NCBI GenBank assembly: GCA_025358155.1
Contig: JANYKR010000080.1
Coordinates: 16,019-80,018, forward strand
Direction: 5' to 3'
Origin: Betaproteobacteria bacterium
Lineage (GTDB): Bacteria; Pseudomonadota; Gammaproteobacteria; Burkholderiales; Burkholderiaceae_C
DNA length: 64,000 nucleotides
Positions 58,174 to 64,000 of this stretch are shown here, one piece after another. Positions within the stretch are counted from its first letter, which is position 1. Each line of letters opens with the position of its first letter. Position numbers and translations under genes: made by a program. The notes under the pieces are model-generated. The model worked only from the letters and a program-made list of their open reading frames with translations, made no database searches and was not told where the DNA came from.

Positions 58174-58545
58174 ATGAAACGTGTTTTGATCGTCGAAGAC
58201 CAGGCCGACATCCGCAAGCTCATCCGCATGACGCTGGAGTTCGAACCCTACGAGATTTTCGAGGCCGCCAACGGTGTCGACGGCTTGCAACAGGCCAATG
58301 CGCTGGTGCCAGACCTGATGCTGCTGGACGTGATGATGCCGGGCGAGCTCGACGGCCTGCAGGTCTGTGCTCGGGTGCGGGCCAATCCGGCGCTCAAGAC
58401 CACCCGGGTGGTCTTGCTCACGGCGCGCGGCCAGATCAAGGACCGGGACGCCGGCCAGCTTGCAGGGGCCGACGAGTACCTGATCAAGCCGTTCAGCCCG
58501 CTGCAGCTGATCGAGACCATCGAGCGGCTGATGCCCTCGGCCTGA
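58174..58545 (+). CDS. Single-domain response regulator
   Basis: LIVEDQ, LLDVMMPG, LTA, YLIKPFS. Confidence 0.93.
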   Translation: MKRVLIVEDQADIRKLIRMTLEFEPYEIFEAANGVDGLQQANALVPDLMLLDVMMPGELDGLQVCARVRANPALKTTRVVLLTARGQIKDRDAGQLAGADEYLIKPFSPLQLIETIERLMPSA

Positions 58546-58751
58546 ACGCCACGCCGGCAGCCGGCTGCAATGAGATAATTTATCTCCCTTCTCTGCGGAG
58601 CAGTTCTTTGGACCCCAGTCACCACCGGTGACCGTCCACCCCAGGCGAGTGCTGGTGTGAGGCGGTTTGCAGTTACCCCACCCCCGACACCATCGCCGGC
58701 GGCCCGTCCGGGCCCGCTTTCAAGCGCTGGATCATTGCGCTGGAACACCCC

Positions 58752-59714
58752 ATGCTCAACATGTTCACGCTGGCCCAGGGCCGGCTGGTACAGCAAGAGA
58801 TCGAGAGCCCCGTCATGCTGGCAGGTGCCCAGCCGGTGTGGGTCGATCTCGAATCGCCCATGCCCATCGAAAAGGGCTGGATCGCGGCCCACTTCGGCCT
58901 GGCCATCCCCGACAACATCGTCGATGACGACCTGGAGGAATCGGCCCGGTTCTACGAGGAGGACAACGGCGAGCTGCACATCCGGTCCGACTTCTTGATC
59001 GACGATGACGTGACACCCCGCAACGTGCGGGTGGCCTTCATCCTCAAGGACGGCGTGCTGTTTTCGGTGCACAACGAAGACTTGCCGGTGTTTCGTCTGC
59101 TGCGGCTGCGCGCACGCCGGGTGCCGGCCCTGATCGGTGACGCCAAAGATGTGCTGCTCAAGCTCTACGATGCCGACGCCGAGTACTCGGCCGATGCGCT
59201 CGAAGGCATCTACGACAGCTTGGAGAAAGTCAGCGCCCGGGTGCTCAAGCAAGATGTAGACGACCAGGCCGCCGGGGCCGCGCTCGGTGCGATTGCCAAG
59301 GAAGAAGACCTCAATGGCCGCATCCGGCGCAACGTGATGGACACCCGGCGCGCGGTGAGCTTCATGATGCGCAGCCGCATGCTCAATGCCGAGCAGTTCG
59401 AGGAAGCGCGGCAGATTCTGCGCGACATCGATTCGCTCGACTCACACACCGCGTTCGTGTTCGACAAGATCAACTTCTTGCTGGACGCCACGGTCGGCTT
59501 CATCAACATCAACCAGAACAAGGTGATCAAGATCTTCTCGGTGGCCAGTGTGGCACTGCTGCCTCCGACCCTGATCGCCAGCATCTACGGCATGAACTTC
59601 AAGTCCATGCCCGAGCTCGACCAGCCCTGGGGCTACCCATTTGCGCTGGCGCTGATGGTGGCCTCGGTGGCAGCGCCGTTCATCTACTTTCGGCGCAAGG
59701 GCTGGCTGCGCTAG
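58752..59714 (+). CDS. corA: Magnesium/cobalt transporter CorA
   Basis: ESARFYE, YGMNF signature, two C-terminal TM helices. Confidence 0.96.
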   Translation: MLNMFTLAQGRLVQQEIESPVMLAGAQPVWVDLESPMPIEKGWIAAHFGLAIPDNIVDDDLEESARFYEEDNGELHIRSDFLIDDDVTPRNVRVAFILKDGVLFSVHNEDLPVFRLLRLRARRVPALIGDAKDVLLKLYDADAEYSADALEGIYDSLEKVSARVLKQDVDDQAAGAALGAIAKEEDLNGRIRRNVMDTRRAVSFMMRSRMLNAEQFEEARQILRDIDSLDSHTAFVFDKINFLLDATVGFININQNKVIKIFSVASVALLPPTLIASIYGMNFKSMPELDQPWGYPFALALMVASVAAPFIYFRRKGWLR

Positions 59715-59817
59715 GCGCGTTGGCGCGGCTCAGCGGCTGCCGTAACCAAGAGCAAGCCTGTGCTAGGGTGTTACTTGCAGCGCCCGCACAGCGTGGGCTC
59801 GCCCTAAACTGCCCATC

Positions 59818-60285
59818 ATGTCTACTTTGTCGAGTCTCTCCCGGTGGTCGGCCGGCTCAGCCTTGTGCCTGGCCGGGTGGCTGCTGGCCGTGCCGTCGCA
59901 GGCGCAGTTTGCGATGGTGCCCTCACCGCTGGCAGCCACGCCACAGGCCAGCGAGGCCGAGTCCGAACTCAACTACAAGCGTGATGCGGCCAAGCATCTC
60001 TACCTGACCTACCCGATGCGGATCTACAAGGGCCGCATGCCGCCGCTGCTGTACGGCGTGGCGATTGTCGAAACCGATGTCGAAGCCGATGGCGCAGTGG
60101 TGGATGTGCGCTTGCGCCGGCCACCCGGCGCGGCCGAGGTCGGGCCGTGGATCGTGCAGATGATCCGCAAGGCCGGGCCGTTTCCACCGCCGGCCAAGCT
60201 GGGCAAGATCACCTACGTCGACATCTGGCTGGTGCACAGGGGCGGTAATTTCCAGCTCGACACACTGACTGAAGGTCAGAACTGA
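59818..60285 (+). CDS. Exported hypothetical protein with a TonB C-terminal-like region
   Basis: Signal peptide; DGAVVDVRL...IRKAGPFPPP resembles a TonB/TolA C-terminus. Confidence 0.55.
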   Translation: MSTLSSLSRWSAGSALCLAGWLLAVPSQAQFAMVPSPLAATPQASEAESELNYKRDAAKHLYLTYPMRIYKGRMPPLLYGVAIVETDVEADGAVVDVRLRRPPGAAEVGPWIVQMIRKAGPFPPPAKLGKITYVDIWLVHRGGNFQLDTLTEGQN

Positions 60286-60304
60286 CGCCCTGTCCGGTTC
60301 GCCT

Positions 60305-60757
60305 TCAGCCACCCGCGCGGCGTTTGAGCCAGCGCATCAACGCGCCAACCAGCGGTAGCTTTTCATAGAGTTCCTCGGCCGCGTCCCAGTAGTCGCGGTG
60401 CAGGGCTACCCGCCCGTCGGCGTCAAGCTGCAGGTGGCTGGCGCCGTGGATGCACATCAGGCCGTCCCCGGCACCGCGCCGGCTGAAGCGGAAATCCCAG
60501 GTCAGGAAGACATCGCTACCGGCGGCCACCGCCGTGATCACCACAAAGCGCGGCGTATCCAGGGTGCGAAACATGTGGTCAAAGATGTGGCCGATGGCAG
60601 GCAGTCCCTGCACTTCGTTGAACGGGTCCTTGAAGCGGGCTTGCGCCGCATAGACCTCGCCGAGCCGTGCCAGTGCGGCCGGCGACAAGCCCTCGTAAAA
60701 GCCGATGATGCGCTGCACCCGCGGGTCGGCGTGGCGCAGCGGACCCGGCTCAGACAT
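60305..60757 (-). CDS. SnoaL/NTF2-like protein
   Basis: YAAQARFKDPFNEVQG, HRDYWDAAEELYE. Confidence 0.85.
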   Translation of the reverse strand: MSEPGPLRHADPRVQRIIGFYEGLSPAALARLGEVYAAQARFKDPFNEVQGLPAIGHIFDHMFRTLDTPRFVVITAVAAGSDVFLTWDFRFSRRGAGDGLMCIHGASHLQLDADGRVALHRDYWDAAEELYEKLPLVGALMRWLKRRAGG

Positions 60758-61535
60758 GTACCGCCCGGCGCACCGCGTTGAAGTACAGCGTGTCGGGCAG
60801 CCAGCGCAAGGCCTTGAGCAGCCGGGTGAAGCGCTTGGGGAAATGAATCTCGAACTCACCCGTCGCCCAGCCCTGCACGATGGCGCGGGCCGCCGTCTCG
60901 GGCGTGATCAAGGCCGGCATGTGAAAGCTGTTCTGCGCCGTCAGCGGGGTGGCGACAAAACCCGGGTTGATCAGTGACACACCCACACCGGTGGGCGCCA
61001 GGTCCAGGTACAAGACCTCGGCCAGGTTGATCAAGGCCGCCTTGGTCGGGCCGTAGGCCAGCGCGTTGGGCAGGCCCCGGTAGCCGGCCACGCTGGCCAC
61101 CAGGCTGAGGTGGGCGGCTTGGCCGGCAGCGGCCTGGCGCTGCAGCGGCGGCAGCACGGCGGCCAGCAGGTTGAGCGCGCCGACATAGTTGATCTGCTGG
61201 TGGCGCAGGGCCTCGGTCAGGTCAAAGCGGCTCGACTGCATGGCCGCGTAGTGGCCGGCGCAGTACATCGCCAGGTCGATCCGGCCGTGGCGCTGCAACA
61301 GGGTCTGGGCGGCGGCCTGCACCGCGACGGCATCGGTGGCATCGAGCGGCAGTGCCTGCGCGCCGGGGTGCTCGGTGGTGAATGACGCCAGCGATGCGGC
61401 ACTGCGGGCCGATACCGTCACCTTGGCCCCCAGGTCGTGAAGGCGGCTGGCGGTGGCGCGGCCGATGCCGGTGGAGGCGCCCACCAGCCAGACCTGCTGG
61501 CCACGCCAGTCGGTGATTTTCGGGTTCAAAGCCAT
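60750..61535 (-). CDS. Short-chain dehydrogenase/reductase
   Basis: GASTGIG, ASVAG, YGPTK, NPGFV. Confidence 0.93.
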   Translation of the reverse strand: MALNPKITDWRGQQVWLVGASTGIGRATASRLHDLGAKVTVSARSAASLASFTTEHPGAQALPLDATDAVAVQAAAQTLLQRHGRIDLAMYCAGHYAAMQSSRFDLTEALRHQQINYVGALNLLAAVLPPLQRQAAAGQAAHLSLVASVAGYRGLPNALAYGPTKAALINLAEVLYLDLAPTGVGVSLINPGFVATPLTAQNSFHMPALITPETAARAIVQGWATGEFEIHFPKRFTRLLKALRWLPDTLYFNAVRRAVHV

Positions 61536-61630
61536 GAGGGGCGGTCCTGTCTCGATCCAAGTCTGGACCCGGGTGTTGCGCCGACGGGATGCCAGCGGGA
61601 CGGCGGAGAGTTGCGGTTCCGGCCCGCCGC

Positions 61631-62245
61631 TCAGCCCGGCAAGCGCTGGAACGACAACAGCACCTCGCCCAGGCGGATGCCGAACTTGCTGAACTCGGCG
61701 CGGTTGATCATCACCCCGTCGTCTACCAAAAACATCCAGTCGTCGAACTGCAGCGCCCAGGTCTGGCCGTCGACCGGCTGCAGCAGCGTGTAGCGCCAGT
61801 TCAGCGCATTGCCGCTGGCCTGGCCCTGGGCCTCGCCCTGCACATCGGCGGCGCGACCGGTGTAGCGACCGTCGGCCAGCCGGGTGATCGTCCAGATGCG
61901 CTGCTGCTGGCGACCGTCGCTGTAGCTGAACTGCTCGTCCAGCGTGCCGACGTCGCCCACCCAGGTGGCGGTCAGCTTGACCGTGAAGCGCTGCGTCACC
62001 TTGCCCGCACGGTCGGTGACGATGCCGTGCGCCAGCAGTTTGCCGTTGAAGTACTGGCGCAGCTCCAGCACCGGGGTCTGCTGGCGGTAGTCGGCGGGTG
62101 TCGGGCCAGCGCAAGCGGTCAACAGCAGCGGGCCGGCCAGCGCCAGCACCGACACCAGGGTCAGGCTGAACCTGCCGGCCAGGCGCCGCAGGCGGGATGG
62201 GGATCGGGCAGGCGCAGGGGCAGCGGTGGGGGCAGGGGTGATCAT
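61631..62245 (-). CDS. DUF3833-like lipoprotein
   Basis: LTAC lipobox, LELRQYFNG, DEQFSYSDG, FDDWMF, FSKFG. Confidence 0.85.
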   Translation of the reverse strand: MITPAPTAAPAPARSPSRLRRLAGRFSLTLVSVLALAGPLLLTACAGPTPADYRQQTPVLELRQYFNGKLLAHGIVTDRAGKVTQRFTVKLTATWVGDVGTLDEQFSYSDGRQQQRIWTITRLADGRYTGRAADVQGEAQGQASGNALNWRYTLLQPVDGQTWALQFDDWMFLVDDGVMINRAEFSKFGIRLGEVLLSFQRLPG

Positions 62246-63612
62246 GGGCGGTCCAGGTGGTTTCGGTAAGTCCAGAGCAGGCCGGCAGCGGCCAGCTTGA
62301 GGGTGCAGGGCAGCGCGGCATAGACCAGCGCCAGCGCGCTCAGGGCCGGCTCGCTGGTGGTTCCGGGGGCGTAGCCCAGGGCTTGCAGCGCGGGCAGCGA
62401 CAAACCGGCCGCCAGCGCCAGATTGAGCTTGTTGGCACAGGTCCACCAGCCGAAGTAGCTGCCTTCGAAGCGCAGCGCGTGGCCGGCCCGCTGGATCACG
62501 CCGGTCAGCAGTGCACCCGGGATCGCCAGGTCCGCACCCAAGGCGGCGCCGCTGCAGAGGCAGATTGCGATGAAGGCAACGCCGTCGCCGGTGCCTAACC
62601 GGGCCGCCCAGACAAACGCCGCCACCGCCAGACCCATGCCTGCCAGCCAGCAGCGCAACAGGCCGAAGCGGGCGACGGCGCGCACCCACAGCGGCATGGA
62701 CAACGCCCCCGCCGCAAAGTAGCTACCCAGGAACAGCGGCTCCCAGGCCGGCGCCTGCAGCCGGTCGCGGATGAAAAACAGCACCAGGGTGGCCGGGATC
62801 GCGCTGGCCACGCCATTGAGCACAAACACCGCCATCAGCCGGCGAAAGGCCGCATCCCGCCAGGGCAGGGCCCAGGACGCTGCCGGCTCGGCTGGCGCAC
62901 CGGCGCTCGCCGCAGGGGCGGCTGCGGCGTTGGTTGCGGGTCCGGCTGCCGTACCCTGCGGGTCCAGGGGCATTGGCCGGGTTCTGAATGGCGCCTGGCC
63001 CAGTGCCCAAAGCCCCAACACCAGCAACACCAGGCAGCTGGCCACCATCACCGGGATACCGGCCAGCGCCGGCAACACGCTGGCACCCAACACGCCTGCC
63101 AACGCCATGCCTTCTCGCCAACTGACGATGCGGGCCTGCGTGGCTGCGCCGCCGCCCAGGCGGGCGCCCCAGGCCTGGTGCAGCACGCCCAGCGCGCTGT
63201 AACCCAGGCAGGTGACCACCAACGCGCCGGCGCACCAGGCGAGCAAGGCGTTGACTGAACCCGCCGGCGGAAAGAACAGCGCGACAAAGCCCAGTGCCAT
63301 CAACAGCGCGGCGACCCAGGCGGCGGCCATCACCCGCTGCCGGGGCAGCGCAAGGCCCCGGTCGATCCAACGGCCCAACCAGGGATCGACCACCGCATCG
63401 AGCGCCCTTGTGCCCAGCAGCACCAGCCCCAGCCCGGCCAGCGGCACACCCAGTTGACCGGCGTAGTGGTTGGGCAACAACACGTACAGCGGCAAGGCGG
63501 CAAACGCCAACGGTGTGCCCAGCGCGCCATAGCGCAGGCCGTCGCGCCAGGGCAGTGTGCCGGGCAAGAGGGCAGGCCCGACGGGGACCGCCGCCAGCAC
63601 CTGAGTGCTCAC
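62242..63612 (-). CDS. MFS transporter (MelB/GPH-like)
   Basis: About 12 TM helices, LPLYV, RALDAVVDP, REG, EGSYFGWW. Confidence 0.9.
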   Translation of the reverse strand: MSTQVLAAVPVGPALLPGTLPWRDGLRYGALGTPLAFAALPLYVLLPNHYAGQLGVPLAGLGLVLLGTRALDAVVDPWLGRWIDRGLALPRQRVMAAAWVAALLMALGFVALFFPPAGSVNALLAWCAGALVVTCLGYSALGVLHQAWGARLGGGAATQARIVSWREGMALAGVLGASVLPALAGIPVMVASCLVLLVLGLWALGQAPFRTRPMPLDPQGTAAGPATNAAAAPAASAGAPAEPAASWALPWRDAAFRRLMAVFVLNGVASAIPATLVLFFIRDRLQAPAWEPLFLGSYFAAGALSMPLWVRAVARFGLLRCWLAGMGLAVAAFVWAARLGTGDGVAFIAICLCSGAALGADLAIPGALLTGVIQRAGHALRFEGSYFGWWTCANKLNLALAAGLSLPALQALGYAPGTTSEPALSALALVYAALPCTLKLAAAGLLWTYRNHLDRP

Positions 63613-64000
63613 CGCGCCTCTCCCAACAACTGGACGCGCAGCTTGGGCTCCGAGGTGCGCGGCGACAGCCAGATTCCGAAGAACAGGCGCGCAAAGTCGG
63701 CATCCGCCACCTCGCCGCGACGCCTGCCGTTGAAGTAGAACCGCGCAGACTGCCCCGGCCGTTGCACACCGGTGAGCCGATCCTCGGCCTGCACGTCCGG
63801 AAACAGCTGGGTCATTGCCGTCAGCCAGGCCGTGCCCTGGGCCTCGCTGAATGGGCCGATGCGGCGCATCTCGTCGATCGATCGGCTGGCAATCTTGTCA
63901 CCCGACAACTTGCGGGCATACACCAGCTCCAACGCCAGCGGCTGACTGGCGCCGTCGCCGGCCAGCGGCGCCGGGCTCCAGAGCCGCATGTCGTAAATGT
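63609..64000 (-). CDS. Chalcone-isomerase-like protein (C-terminal part; starts beyond the window edge)
   Basis: IYDMRLW, LELVYAR, FPDV, FFGIWL...TSEPKLR. Confidence 0.8.
   Translation of the reverse strand, partial: IYDMRLWSPAPLAGDGASQPLALELVYARKLSGDKIASRSIDEMRRIGPFSEAQGTAWLTAMTQLFPDVQAEDRLTGVQRPGQSARFYFNGRRRGEVADADFARLFFGIWLSPRTSEPKLRVQLLGEAR

Overview
High-GC betaproteobacterial chromosome segment (Burkholderiales-like, inferred from gene content and order). No rRNA, tRNA, CRISPR array or intact transposase was seen. Left to right: a lysine-catabolism-type ALDH7/saccharopine-dehydrogenase-family pair with an Lrp regulator; decayed relics (outer-membrane beta-barrel C-terminus, COG4337 protein); sulfatase and Bug binding protein; a large nucleoside uptake/salvage operon (add, BMP-ABC, cdd, PNP, ushA, deoC, deoA); dadA; a GGDEF-EAL protein; and mnmA. 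A ~10 kb accessory block then splits the usual NUDIX-mnmA pair. It encodes a 1381-aa GMC-oxidoreductase/Cys-nucleophile alpha/beta-hydrolase fusion, a signal-less PhoD-like phosphatase and three regulators, and is the best candidate for an undescribed system. It is followed by pntAAB, an accessory Tat lipoprotein, maeB, a PAS two-component pair, thiL-pgpA-cinA-ghrA, holA-lptE-leuS, an MBOAT relic split by a 69-bp IS66-like mini-element, exbBD, dapB, bamE, fur, hprK-ptsN-hpf, two orphan response regulators, corA and the tail of a lipid-modification-type cluster. All product calls come from motif recognition by eye; no database searches were run.
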